Shown here: piece after piece, positions 28,866-38,725 of the stretch
How positions within the stretch are numbered: position 1 is the first letter of the stretch
Layout: every line of letters starts with the position of its first letter
Virus record (IMG/VR): IMGVR_UViG_3300042009_000026
Span: 1 to 64,000 of that record
Origin: a virus
Lineage: Duplodnaviria > Heunggongvirae > Uroviricota > Caudoviricetes
Direction: 5' to 3' (one strand)
Length of the DNA: 64,000 nt
Position numbers and translations under genes: made by a program
The notes under the pieces: generated by a model
The model's input: the letters and a program-made list of their open reading frames with translations, nothing else
Told to the model about the DNA's origin: nothing
The model's database searches: none

Positions 28866-29149
28866 TGGCGCTATCCCTTAAAGAATCGGGACTGTTCCAT
28901 CTGTTTGACCGTGATCGTGACCAATTGGTTTGCGATGCATTCAAAGACGCACGTGCCGAGACTGGTGCTCTAACCACCGCCTCGGTCGTTGCAGCAATGG
29001 ATCACCTGTACGACAGAACAGTCGGACAAACGTTGTCCGCTTTAGATAGTGTGGGCTTCTTCACGATTGCCGACGTTAAAGCTGGAACAATCACCGATAT
29101 CGTAGAACAAGACATGGCGGACCAGTGGTTCGCTGCAATCAATTCGTAA
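28865..29149 (+). CDS. INS-tail family protein (ends ...DQWFAAINS)
   Basis: Shared tail and N-term with 28608 ORF. Confidence 0.5.
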   Translation: MALSLKESGLFHLFDRDRDQLVCDAFKDARAETGALTTASVVAAMDHLYDRTVGQTLSALDSVGFFTIADVKAGTITDIVEQDMADQWFAAINS

Positions 29150-29158
29150 GGAAACAAG

Positions 29159-29506
29159 ATGCTCCCTGTATATTGGCAAGGTAGTGTAATTGGCGCAGTC
29201 ATGGGCCTCATCGTGATCGCTGTGTTTGTTACATGGTTGATCCGTTCCAAAGCTGAATGGCTGGTGTGGTTTACTAAACGTACCCGCTGGTTGACTGCAG
29301 TATCGCTCCCGTTGATCTGGCTGCTTACATTCGTGAACATCGGTATCCACAATGTGGAAGGTGATCGTGCTAGCTTTGACCAAGTAGGTAAGTTAGTAGA
29401 TAAAGATATCCCTAAGGTTACTCGGGATACACTTTCGCCAGAATCCGTAAAGAAAGCAGCTGAAGAATCTCGCAAAGAGATCGATGCTGGTAATCTGAAC
29501 AAGTAA
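29159..29506 (+). CDS. membrane protein (115 aa, 2 TM helices)
   Basis: MLPVYWQGSVIGAVMGLIVIAVFVTWLI... Confidence 0.5.
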   Translation: MLPVYWQGSVIGAVMGLIVIAVFVTWLIRSKAEWLVWFTKRTRWLTAVSLPLIWLLTFVNIGIHNVEGDRASFDQVGKLVDKDIPKVTRDTLSPESVKKAAEESRKEIDAGNLNK

Positions 29507-29548
29507 TCCCCACGCTGTACACCATTCGAATTCAAAAGGAAATGTTGC

Positions 29549-30412
29549 ATGAAATTGCTGTCTGTTATCAAGTCTGCTGCACTCGCTATGATCGCTGTCG
29601 TTGCTCTGCAAGGCTGTTCATTCGAAGTCATCCCACCTGCCTTCAAAGGTAAGATTCTGACTACCTCTGGTTACAACCCAGAGATCCTGGAACCGGGTAA
29701 AGAAACCCTGTGGGGTCGTGATGAACTGGTGCTGCTGGAAACTGGCACTCGCACCGTTGCTGAAACCATTACCGTGAAGATGGAAGACAAACTCGACTTG
29801 ACCTTCGACGTTCGTTTCCGTACTCGCATCGGTGGTGACAAGAAAGTCCTGAACCAAATGTTCAATGACATTCAAGTCAAAGAAAAGCGTGTGACCCTGC
29901 AGCAAGTCTACGGCGTGTATGGTCTTGACGTGGTACAATCGGTATCCCGTTCGGTTGTTGGTAAATACAAAACCGAAGACGTCGGTGCTAACTTCGACAA
30001 GATCACTGCTGACCTCGCTGATCGTCTCGTGAAAGCAATGGCTAACTCGCCACTGGAAGTATCGAACGTCACTCTGGGTAACCTGAAGTATCCGAAGGTT
30101 ATTACTGAAGCGATCGAGAAACAACAAGAGCGCCTGCTGGCAATCGAAACTGAAACTAACCAACAGGCTATCGAAACAGTTAAGCGTGATAACCAACTGC
30201 GATTGGCTCAACTGGACCGTGATATCGAACTGACCAAAGCCAAGACTCTGCGTGACGCGAACGCCATCACTGCTGACGGCCTGAGCCCTGCACTGTTGCA
30301 ATACCGTGCTCTTGACGTACAAGAGAGAATGGCTGAGAACGATGCTGCTGTATTCGTACCATACGAAGCTTTTGGTACCGCTGGCATGTCTAATCGCATG
30401 TTCAGCAAGTAA
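29549..30412 (+). CDS. SPFH/band-7 (stomatin/prohibitin-like) lipoprotein
   Basis: Lipobox ...VVALQGC; SPFH-like beta region then long coiled-coil QQERLLAIETETNQQAIETVKRDNQLRLAQLDRDIELTKAK; antisense 366-aa ORF rejected. Confidence 0.65.
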   Translation: MKLLSVIKSAALAMIAVVALQGCSFEVIPPAFKGKILTTSGYNPEILEPGKETLWGRDELVLLETGTRTVAETITVKMEDKLDLTFDVRFRTRIGGDKKVLNQMFNDIQVKEKRVTLQQVYGVYGLDVVQSVSRSVVGKYKTEDVGANFDKITADLADRLVKAMANSPLEVSNVTLGNLKYPKVITEAIEKQQERLLAIETETNQQAIETVKRDNQLRLAQLDRDIELTKAKTLRDANAITADGLSPALLQYRALDVQERMAENDAAVFVPYEAFGTAGMSNRMFSK

Positions 30413-30414
30413 TA

Positions 30415-30770
30415 TGAATGACACGATCCAAATGTCTGAGCGCTTACAGAAGGCACTTGGTAGTATCTCCGATGCACGTAAGCAAGCTGAATATGATCGT
30501 GTAGCCCATCGAAATATCTTCATGGGTGCGATCGTTGAAGGATTGGCTGAGAAAGGCAACAGTGGTACATTCTTCGAGGGTAACAAGGAGGCAGCTACTG
30601 CACACCGAGTTGGTCTACGTGAAGGTGCTGCTGTTGTTATGAGTGTTATCGATCGAATGGACGCAAGTCTTGAGATTGATGAACATTGTATTAACCTGCA
30701 AGCCAATGATGATTTCACTTATACAACGGTTTCAATGGAAGCAGCATTTGCTGCATCTATTAACTCCTAA
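30415..30770 (+). CDS. INS-tail family protein (ends ...AAFAASINS); paralog of 31972 ORF
   Basis: Start trimmed to ATG 30415; shared tail. Confidence 0.5.
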
Positions 30771-30775
30771 CAGAC

Positions 30776-30812
30776 GCCTCCCTTCGGGGAGGCTTTCTGC
30801 CATTTTCTTTTG
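30776..30812 (+). terminator. Hairpin GCCTCCC-TTCG-GGGAGGC + U-rich tract
   Basis: Seen directly. Confidence 0.65.
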
Positions 30813-31090
30813 TGAGCTTACAGATGAGCCAATACGAAAAAGCATTTGAAAATATTCATCGGGATATCTCTTGCGGAAGTTATGCACGTAACAGCCCATG
30901 TCCAATTGACCAGCGTTATGCAGATGGCTTGGATGAAGGCATGCGGCATGGTGTAAGAGTTACGCTAGATATCTTGGAACTCCATGGCCACTTGGTGAAC
31001 GAGGAAGCCGGTAAAGTATCGATCCAGAACCAATGGGATGGTTGGTACCACACTATGCTCGATGAACATGTCGACGTTATTAACGGATAA
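30812..31090 (+). CDS. hypothetical protein (92 aa)
   Basis: ORF. Confidence 0.45.
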   Translation: MSLQMSQYEKAFENIHRDISCGSYARNSPCPIDQRYADGLDEGMRHGVRVTLDILELHGHLVNEEAGKVSIQNQWDGWYHTMLDEHVDVING

Positions 31091-31095
31091 ACAAA

Positions 31096-31344
31096 ATGAT
31101 ACCCACCTCAAATGAATTCTTTGTTGGTTTAGTGGGACATATTGCTAAATTTACCAGTGATGATACTGAAGATGGTTTAGCGCTAATCCATGAAGGTGCG
31201 GCAATGACTCTGGACTACATCGCTCTGCAAACAATTCGTGATAACCCAACAGGTGATCACTCAGATGTTGTAACAATGTCTGAATGTTTTCTGCAACATG
31301 TAGAGATGTTCTATAAGAGCCCAGAAGAACTAGCCGCGGAATAA
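31096..31344 (+). CDS. hypothetical protein (82 aa)
   Basis: ORF. Confidence 0.45.
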   Translation: MIPTSNEFFVGLVGHIAKFTSDDTEDGLALIHEGAAMTLDYIALQTIRDNPTGDHSDVVTMSECFLQHVEMFYKSPEELAAE

Positions 31345-31518
31345 AACACGCATAGACATTCTCTATGTACTAACACCCTCGGAACACGGACACCATGAAA
31401 CAGAAAATCATTGCCTTCTTCTACGAATATCGTAAGCCTATCGGTCTTGCTCTCGTAGGTGGATGCTATATCGCTTTCGCAACTCTCTCTGGCCTCAGCT
31501 GACAAAAGGAAAACTGTA

Positions 31519-31977
31519 ATGTCTCCCGCTCTTATTCTCTCCCTCGCCGCTATCGTAATCATTCTACTCGTTGCCTACTATGCGTGGGTTGGTCTCATCA
31601 ATGCTACTGGTGGTAGCTTGAAAGAATGGGTAGATAGTGACTTTCCTGAAATCAAGCATACGCCGAAAGCGACATGGTTGACTGGATTTAAATATCGACA
31701 ACATGGCTTGTCTATTAAAGCTAAGTTGGATGTACCGATCTGCCTGGAGTATGATCAGCAAGAATACCTCGGTCGGTTCTCAGTGGTTGATACATTCGCC
31801 CGTTCAACTAGCCCATTGGATGGTGCAGACCAGAATCATGAAAAAGATCTAGTTGCCTATGACTACGGTCTGGAGCTGGAACTTATGAAAGGTGGTCAGA
31901 TCGCAATGCGTGTGGTCTATAACCGTATTAGTATTACTGACATCGAACCAATCATTGAGGACTCTGCCTGTGAGTGA
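31519..31977 (+). CDS. membrane-anchored protein (N-terminal TM)
   Basis: MSPALILSLAAIVIILLVAYYAWVGL; start trimmed from ORF-track 31459. Confidence 0.45.
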   Translation: MSPALILSLAAIVIILLVAYYAWVGLINATGGSLKEWVDSDFPEIKHTPKATWLTGFKYRQHGLSIKAKLDVPICLEYDQQEYLGRFSVVDTFARSTSPLDGADQNHEKDLVAYDYGLELELMKGGQIAMRVVYNRISITDIEPIIEDSACE

Positions 31978-32323
31978 CTATCCAAAAGCTACCAAAGTGG
32001 AACTTGAAAAAGCGTACGCCTTGGTTAATGAACTAGAAAAAGAACTTGTAGCTGATGCACAGATGGCTCGTGGGATATTGTTCGCAGAGATCCAAGCTAA
32101 CGTATTGGATCAGAACCCACCTAAGTTTGATAAAGGGGCAACCATGACTCAAGCTTTCCGGATGGGATTGGATCGTGGTGTAGACTGTGTATTGAATGCA
32201 GTAGACACACGGAGTATCCTGATGATCGATGGTAACGACCGAATGCTTAATGTGGACATCACCAGTGATGGTCCCGACATGTTGCCACTGGTAGACCTGT
32301 GGGCCTCCTACATTAATAGCTAG
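31972..32323 (+). CDS. INS-tail family protein (ends ...DLWASYINS); GTG start
   Basis: Paralogous to 30415 ORF (AQMARGILFAEIQANVLDQ vs RVAHRNIFMGAIVEGLAEK). Confidence 0.45.
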
Positions 32324-32385
32324 GCTTTGTGTGATCTTATGTATCTACGTTTGTAGATCTCATTCTGATCACAAAGGAGTCAATA

Positions 32386-32925
32386 ATGACTATTCTGAAC
32401 AAAGCCGGCGCTGTTGCTGCACGTGTAGCACAGGACATCACTCCACTGGAACTGTTTATCAATGAACACCTGACTACTCAGCGTGTCATCGATTACATCA
32501 GCAACACCGAGATTGAAAACCCGTCTATCCGTGTTAACATCGATGGCGCTACCCTGACCACTCCAGCCGTAGCTGCTCTGAAAGCATCTATTGAAGCCGC
32601 TGACTGGAAAGACGTTGAAGTCATCCAAGAAGCTAAGCGTGTAGTTGTAGCTTTCTCGGTTCTGCCTAAGATTGACGTTTACGTCGCCACTGTTAGCCCA
32701 GCATCTCCAACTGCTGCAGTAGCTGGTACTGTGCAACTGGTCGTTACTGTAACTAAGAACGGCGAAGCTTACACCGCTACTCCAACCTACACCTCTGGTA
32801 CTCCAGCCAATGCCACCGTCTCCTCGACTGGTCTGGTTACTGGTGTTGCAGCCGGTACTTCTGTTATCACTATTGCCGAAGCTGGCAAGTACAGTGTTAC
32901 CAAGACTGTTACCATCACTGCTTAA
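32386..32925 (+). CDS. Protein with C-terminal Ig-like (Big_2-type) domain; possible virion decoration/structural protein
   Basis: ATVSSTGLVTGVAAGTSVITIAEAGKYSVTKTVTITA. Confidence 0.5.
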   Translation: MTILNKAGAVAARVAQDITPLELFINEHLTTQRVIDYISNTEIENPSIRVNIDGATLTTPAVAALKASIEAADWKDVEVIQEAKRVVVAFSVLPKIDVYVATVSPASPTAAVAGTVQLVVTVTKNGEAYTATPTYTSGTPANATVSSTGLVTGVAAGTSVITIAEAGKYSVTKTVTITA

Positions 32926-32931
32926 TATATT

Positions 32932-32970
32932 GCCTCTCCTTCGGGAGAGGCTTTATGTTCTTTTTTTTTT
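32932..32970 (+). terminator. Intrinsic terminator GCCTCTCC-TTCG-GGAGAGGC + T10
   Basis: Seen directly. Confidence 0.85.
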
Positions 32971-32986
32971 ATTTAAAAGTTTTAAA

Positions 32987-33010
32987 CGCCTATATTACTT
33001 TTGTGGATTC
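32987..33010 (+). promoter_or_regulatory. Promoter-like motif (CGCCTATATTACTTTTGTGGATTC), duplicate cassette of 19454
   Basis: Sequence identity to 19441-19479. Confidence 0.5.
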
Positions 33011-33445
33011 ATTAGCTAAGGGGAAAAGGCCATGACTAAAATAAGACCGATCGCGAACGCACAGAAAAGCTGTCAGTGTTCAGCAAAGATCTCGTAAGAG
33101 ACCCGTTCACTGATCGATGCCTTATGTCCGTATGCACCATGAGCAAAGGAACTCACTGATAACCAGATGCCATGATCGTAACAGTACAAGTAACATTGTG
33201 TGACAACGGAAATAGTCTTTACTACTTAACCTTTACGGGCAGCGGTAAAGAACAAGAAGTCTTCGAGATGAAGACGGACATCATGTACTGAACGCCCTTA
33301 TGTTTTAATGAAACAATCCCTAGCATGTCAACTACAATGACTATGCTAAGATCTCCGTAGACGGAGTGATTATTGATCCTACATAAAAGGGTCTAACCAC
33401 TTTTGTCCACAGAGATACGTCCCTCACGGGACTCCATTTTTTCTT
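33011..33445 (+). ncRNA. Candidate ~430-nt non-coding transcript from promoter-like motif to hairpin terminator (GTCCC-TCAC-GGGAC + TTTTTTCTTTG at ~33418-33445)
   Basis: No ORF >25 aa; bounded by promoter motif and intrinsic terminator. Confidence 0.3.
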
Positions 33446-33484
33446 TGTCTGTTTTAAGAAACTGGAAAAGGTTATCGTAACATC

Positions 33485-33781
33485 ATGAGCGAATATGTAA
33501 TCGAAATTATCCGTGGGCGTGACAGAGTCTTCCTTTCTCGTAAAGAGAGTGGCCGAGCTAACGTTACTCCACAAGAACGCAATGCTGTTACCTTCACATC
33601 TCCAACAGATGCAAAGACGGTAATAGATGCACTGATGGAAAAATCCCCCGCCGACATTCGTAAACTGGTGAAGGTTGATGCTGGTTGGGAACAACCCATC
33701 CAATTGCTAGCACGTAAGAGACTGGGCAGTAGTCACATGACTACCAACGCACGTTTGTATCTATTTAAGGAAGCAGCATGA
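33485..33781 (+). CDS. hypothetical protein (98 aa)
   Basis: ORF. Confidence 0.45.
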   Translation: MSEYVIEIIRGRDRVFLSRKESGRANVTPQERNAVTFTSPTDAKTVIDALMEKSPADIRKLVKVDAGWEQPIQLLARKRLGSSHMTTNARLYLFKEAA

Positions 33782-33930
33782 TCTGGGAATTTACGGCGTA
33801 TAATGGTACTGTTTGGAAAGTACCCTATCAAATGGATCTGGTCGAAGCATTGGAACTGTTCTATGTTTCGACTAGCCTCACTGATTACGATATTAAAACA
33901 ATCGTTAACCTCCACTAAAAGGAATTAGTC

Positions 33931-34614
33931 ATGATCGAGATTAAAGTTAAGCCCCAGCATGGTAAAGGTCCTGGTATCAACATTCACGGCAAACACGTGA
34001 CTGAATCGGTACACCAGATCTTCTCTCGTGTGATGTGTGCCAATCACATGGATAGCCCTTTCTATAAGGCTCGGAAAAAGTGCTCTGCTTTCTTTCAGGG
34101 TGGCTATGACGAACCTAAAGGCGAATGGCTATTCATCGAGTTCTGGGGTAGTGATTACCTGGACTTCGTTCAGATCATTCGTAAGCTGATTAATCATCTC
34201 GATAACGAGGGTAATCCGCTGCCGATTACTTATCACTTCCCTGAAGAAAAACGGGAACGCGCTGAGTTCATCCATCACGATACCCTACGTGGCAAGTACC
34301 AGAATAATGCTGACGGTACGAAGACACTGTTCCCTGTTGATGGGGATGATGTGATCGATCTTGTCTGGCATATCGAACACGAAGGTTTTGTAATCCGTCG
34401 GGAAGAGATCCATGTTGATCCATACGAGTGGGAAGAGAAAGGCTCCCTGGGTGTATTTCAAATGATCACCGAGGATACCACGGTTCCTTACATCTGGTTG
34501 CTCGGTGAGGACCTCCGCTTCCTGCCAACCAATGAAGAACAGCGTCGTCAAGTAGCTGATCTATTGGGTGAATTCAAAATCGCTTACACGCTGAAGAAGT
34601 TTGGTTATGAGTAA
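33931..34614 (+). CDS. hypothetical protein (227 aa), first gene of CCA-enzyme operon
   Basis: GGAATTAGTCATG RBS. Confidence 0.55.
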   Translation: MIEIKVKPQHGKGPGINIHGKHVTESVHQIFSRVMCANHMDSPFYKARKKCSAFFQGGYDEPKGEWLFIEFWGSDYLDFVQIIRKLINHLDNEGNPLPITYHFPEEKRERAEFIHHDTLRGKYQNNADGTKTLFPVDGDDVIDLVWHIEHEGFVIRREEIHVDPYEWEEKGSLGVFQMITEDTTVPYIWLLGEDLRFLPTNEEQRRQVADLLGEFKIAYTLKKFGYE

Positions 34615-34909
34615 AGCGTTACAGTGGGAACTCGACTGGGTTGATGCTAACCCAGATCGATATGAAGGCCCATGGCACCGTGAACTGGTGAAACGGAACA
34701 TAAAGGCTCGCTATGCAGCGAACCAATTATTCAAGGGTGAAGTGATTTACATCAAACGTCCTGAGACCCGTTACAAGTACTTGGGTCAGTCCATGGGTGC
34801 GGGGTGGCGACGTGATGAACGGCTATTCGTTTATTGGGATGCTGAAAAAGGTCAACTGTTCCATCGGGAACGAGAAGACTTCAAAGAACAAATGGGGCAT
34901 TGTAAATGA
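34601..34909 (+). CDS. hypothetical protein (102 aa)
   Basis: Coupled ORF. Confidence 0.5.
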   Translation: MVMSKALQWELDWVDANPDRYEGPWHRELVKRNIKARYAANQLFKGEVIYIKRPETRYKYLGQSMGAGWRRDERLFVYWDAEKGQLFHREREDFKEQMGHCK

Positions 34910-36138
34910 AGACACTAGTTTATAAAGTAGGTGGAGCTGTACGAGATCGACTGCTGGGTATTCCTGTAACCGATGTAGACTGGGTAGTGGTTGGTTCTAC
35001 TGCCGAGGAAATGTTGGCGCAAGGCTATCGCTCAGTAGGTTCTGATTTTCCTGTATTCATACATCCAGAGTCGAATGAGGAATATGCTCTGGCTCGTACT
35101 GAGCGTAAAACAGGAGCTGGCTATGGTGGCTTCACATTTCATGCCAGCAATGAAGTCACTCTCGAAGAAGACTTGGCACGGCGTGATCTTACGATCAATG
35201 CAATAGCTGAAGATGCTGAATTGAATCTGACTGATCCTTACGGCGGACTACGCGATTTGGATGCACGCATCCTACGTCATGTTTCTCCGGCTTTTGCTGA
35301 AGATCCAGTTCGTGTCTTGCGGGTTGCACGCTTTGCAACTCGGTACGCTAAGAAGGGGTTCCAAGTTGCACCTGAGACCATGGCGCTCATGCGGGGACTC
35401 AGTGAGTCTGGTGAACTAAGTGCATTAACAGCTGAGCGGATCTGGAAAGAAGTTTCCCGTGCACTGATGGAAGATAAGCCACAAGTCTTCATTGAAGTAC
35501 TACGTGAATGCTCAGCCCTTAAGGTATTGCTACCTGAGGTTGATGCGTTGTTCGGTATACCTCAACCAGCAGTACATCATCCAGAAATCGATACCGGTAT
35601 CCATGTTCTGAGTGTATTGGAACAATCTGCTTTGTATAAACAGCCGTTAACTGTACGTTGGGCTTGTTTGATGCATGACTTAGGGAAAGGCTTAACTCCA
35701 TCTGAAGAATGGCCACGACATATCGGTCATGAAAAAGCTGGGGTTGCTTTGATCAAGAATGTTAACCAGCGATTCAAAGTACCAAAGGACTGTCAAGAGT
35801 TAGCAGTGTTTGTTGGCCAGTACCATACCAACAGCCATAAAGCATTTGAGCTTACTCCATCAAAACTGTTAGCACTCATGCATAGCTTTGATGTATACCG
35901 TCGTCCTCATCGGTTTGAAGAGTTTATTGCTGCTTGTGAGATGGACGCACGTGGCCGCCTAGGACTTGAAGATAGAGATTATCCTCAAGCAGATTACCTA
36001 CGTGGAGCGATGACAGCTGTACGTAATGTGTCTATCCAACATCTGTTGGAGAAAGGCCTGAAAGGTGCTGTTCTTGGCGATGCAATTCGACTGGAACGAC
36101 TTAATGCTTTGAAGGCACATAAGAAGGCAAACAAATGA
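34906..36138 (+). CDS. cca: tRNA nucleotidyltransferase (CCA-adding enzyme), class II with HD phosphohydrolase domain
   Basis: [30 protein letters not shown] (pol-beta head), HD motif LMHDLGKG; length 410 aa as E. coli Cca. Confidence 0.85.
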   Translation: MKTLVYKVGGAVRDRLLGIPVTDVDWVVVGSTAEEMLAQGYRSVGSDFPVFIHPESNEEYALARTERKTGAGYGGFTFHASNEVTLEEDLARRDLTINAIAEDAELNLTDPYGGLRDLDARILRHVSPAFAEDPVRVLRVARFATRYAKKGFQVAPETMALMRGLSESGELSALTAERIWKEVSRALMEDKPQVFIEVLRECSALKVLLPEVDALFGIPQPAVHHPEIDTGIHVLSVLEQSALYKQPLTVRWACLMHDLGKGLTPSEEWPRHIGHEKAGVALIKNVNQRFKVPKDCQELAVFVGQYHTNSHKAFELTPSKLLALMHSFDVYRRPHRFEEFIAACEMDARGRLGLEDRDYPQADYLRGAMTAVRNVSIQHLLEKGLKGAVLGDAIRLERLNALKAHKKANK

Positions 36139-36359
36139 GAGAACTAGCGGATGGCGAGTATGATACTTGTCCAATGTATGGCCCTAAGGTTTATATGCCA
36201 GACCGTCTGGTAAGAGTTGAAAAGAATGTGGTTAGCTTTGTCATTGATGACACGGTTACCCCAGATCCAAAACCAATGGGTTGGCCGCGCCGTTTCTCGG
36301 TACCGGACTTCTTCAGCGTTAACGTAATCTTCGATAAAGAAAAGAATAAGGTAATTTGA
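36135..36359 (+). CDS. hypothetical protein (74 aa)
   Basis: Coupled ORF. Confidence 0.45.
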   Translation: MRELADGEYDTCPMYGPKVYMPDRLVRVEKNVVSFVIDDTVTPDPKPMGWPRRFSVPDFFSVNVIFDKEKNKVI

Positions 36360-37078
36360 AAATGTCGAAATGTGTTATCTACACCGATACCCCTTCCCGT
36401 GGCGAAATGCCATACCGTGTATACCTGCAAGAAGCAGGTTCATTGGGTATGACCAAACCATTCTGGCTGGATGGTGAAGATCATGGGAAGTTGAATACCC
36501 TGGACTCGCGTTGTCTAATATTCCCAAACGCAAAAGAAGCTATCACATATGCTGAGATCTTCGCAAACGTACACACCCGATTCGGTGGTTGCCAAACTGT
36601 TGGTATCCATGGTATCACTGAAAACGGCAATGCCTGCCCTCCATTCAAAGTTGTTAAGCACGGCAATGATGAGATGGGCTGGACTAAAGAAAAACATGAA
36701 GCTTGGCAAGCCCGAGTAGACGCATGGAACAATATGTTAATCCCAGCACTGATCAGTCGCTCGGAGGTGGAAATCCCACGTCTTGGTGATGTAACTCCAA
36801 GTGAACTACTTGACCGTATCACTTACCTGACCGATAACTTAGTTGAAGAAGAACTCGATGAAGTTATCGGTACCCTGCAGAACATGGACCGCCTCGAGTT
36901 TCGATGCACCGATATCGATACTTATCCAGAATCGGCAACCATTCATTATACTCGTGATCATCTGCCTGCCATTGAACCTTACCATTGCTCGCTGACCATC
37001 TGTTCATTGAACTTGTTCGATGAGAAAGGTATCCAACAATTGAAAGACCTCGCAGCACGTGAGACAAGCGATGCATGA
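36356..37078 (+). CDS. hypothetical protein (240 aa)
   Basis: ORF. Confidence 0.55.
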   Translation: MKMSKCVIYTDTPSRGEMPYRVYLQEAGSLGMTKPFWLDGEDHGKLNTLDSRCLIFPNAKEAITYAEIFANVHTRFGGCQTVGIHGITENGNACPPFKVVKHGNDEMGWTKEKHEAWQARVDAWNNMLIPALISRSEVEIPRLGDVTPSELLDRITYLTDNLVEEELDEVIGTLQNMDRLEFRCTDIDTYPESATIHYTRDHLPAIEPYHCSLTICSLNLFDEKGIQQLKDLAARETSDA

Positions 37079-37508
37079 ACAAGGCTTTATGCGCCGATAT
37101 ACTACGGCACAGAGTTACAAGTTCCACGAGATCGATGCCGATACCACAATGGATCAGATATCTCTAGCATTCAGTTGCTCTTATAGTGATTTACTTAGAG
37201 TGTATCCTGATGACCTACACTGGGACAATTGCCAGCATATGGGTTTCGGTGGGTATGGTTTATTCGAAGTTGTAGTATGCGTTGCTAATACGTCATACTG
37301 GAACAGCAAAGGTCCATTCGTCTACCAGCCAGCCCATGTTGTTTTCTATGGTGGTTCTATTGAGAAGATTCATGCTGAGGCAGAGAAATGGTTTCTTGCT
37401 AATCGGGATCTGAAGAACGAACTATATACTCATCGCACTGGTCATGAAATCACACCGGTACTATTACCGATGCGTTGTTACGAACCGTACATACCCAAGG
37501 AAAAGTAA
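37059..37508 (+). CDS. hypothetical protein (149 aa)
   Basis: ORF. Confidence 0.5.
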   Translation: MRQAMHEQGFMRRYTTAQSYKFHEIDADTTMDQISLAFSCSYSDLLRVYPDDLHWDNCQHMGFGGYGLFEVVVCVANTSYWNSKGPFVYQPAHVVFYGGSIEKIHAEAEKWFLANRDLKNELYTHRTGHEITPVLLPMRCYEPYIPKEK

Positions 37509-37951
37509 TGATTAGTTTGATTGATTACACCGCTCCCCCTTTGGCAGACAGTAGTGATATCGTCACAATGCTCAAGAAGTTCAATGTGAACGTACCTCTG
37601 GCTATCCGTGCGCGACTTCGAGCTACTCCATTGGCGATGTCTACGGCCCGTATGCATATGCGTTTTCGTGCATTTATTGGGACTAGCCATGAACAGTTCC
37701 TAGCGATGGTTGAACAGCTAAATACGGCTATTGTAATTATCCAAGAAACAACATCTGTCGATAATTATGCGCTCGAACCGCTGCGCAGTCGCCGTGATCT
37801 CATCGTTAGTATTCAAGAGGATCTGTTGGCACTGGATACGCTCATGACCGAATTTGGTTTGGTTGATCCTATGGACAAAACAGCTGTGGTAATCGAAGAA
37901 CCGAAGTTTCCAGGAACTATCGGAGAAATCATGCGCCAAGCAATTAAATAA
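37508..37951 (+). CDS. hypothetical protein
   Basis: ATG 37508 (TAATG coupling). Confidence 0.5.
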   Translation: MISLIDYTAPPLADSSDIVTMLKKFNVNVPLAIRARLRATPLAMSTARMHMRFRAFIGTSHEQFLAMVEQLNTAIVIIQETTSVDNYALEPLRSRRDLIVSIQEDLLALDTLMTEFGLVDPMDKTAVVIEEPKFPGTIGEIMRQAIK

Positions 37952-37961
37952 GAGAATAGAG

Positions 37962-38243
37962 ATGAGCGTTAAGTTGATCAAGCGTGACAATGTGTGGGTT
38001 ACTGAATTCTTAGGGAAAGAGCGGCACTTCATCATTGATACTGATTTGGTGACTTGGCGCTCACTCGGTGTACATCCGTCCGGTGCAGTCGAATTCCAAA
38101 TCGATCTGGATGGTACTTTGGAGAACGTACGAAGTATCTTTACTGGGGAAGACATTGTGGAACTAGATATTCCTAAAGGTCACTCGGTAGCAGGAATGAT
38201 AAAAGCAACGAAACCGTACGTGCATGGGGGTAAACATGCTTGA
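37962..38243 (+). CDS. hypothetical protein (93 aa)
   Basis: ORF. Confidence 0.45.
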   Translation: MSVKLIKRDNVWVTEFLGKERHFIIDTDLVTWRSLGVHPSGAVEFQIDLDGTLENVRSIFTGEDIVELDIPKGHSVAGMIKATKPYVHGGKHA

Positions 38244-38646
38244 AGCAAATGCAGTAAACCTGGCTCTCCTTTTCACAGCGATAGTACTTTTCCTTTGGTG
38301 GCTAATCGTCTGGGTATCCAAGCCAGTAACATCTATCAAGTTCGATGCCGTTGAGCTTACGACTTTGTATGGCAATCAACGCATCATAGAGAGTACTAAG
38401 CTACAATCGCCATCAGGGGATAAGAAGCTTAGTACTGGACTGAATGACTTCTTTATCACGGTTACAGAAGGTGTGATCCGATATCACAATCATGGGGAAG
38501 CTGGTCTACTCAACCCAATCCTACGAAGCTCTGAGGACGTCTTGTTCTTCAGACTACAAATTCGTGTGGTCGGTGAACGGATCGTTAAGTTCGAACAGAC
38601 CAATCTTTCTAAGCCGAATGCTAAATTGCTCTGGAGCAAAGCGTAA
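38236..38646 (+). CDS. membrane protein
   Basis: MLEANAVNLALLFTAIVLFLWWLIVWVS. Confidence 0.45.
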   Translation: MLEANAVNLALLFTAIVLFLWWLIVWVSKPVTSIKFDAVELTTLYGNQRIIESTKLQSPSGDKKLSTGLNDFFITVTEGVIRYHNHGEAGLLNPILRSSEDVLFFRLQIRVVGERIVKFEQTNLSKPNAKLLWSKA

Positions 38647-38725
38647 GGGATAAACCATGCTACAATGGCGGAGTTGGTTTCCCTGTAGGTATCTTAGTAT
38701 CTTTAACAATCGTGAGGACTTAATA

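Noticed and set aside
29618-30718. 366-aa minus-strand ORF antisense to the SPFH lipoprotein gene (also 29002-29646 minus)
   Set aside because: Plus-strand gene has lipobox signal peptide and coiled-coil SPFH features; the whole 1-51 kb region codes on plus strand
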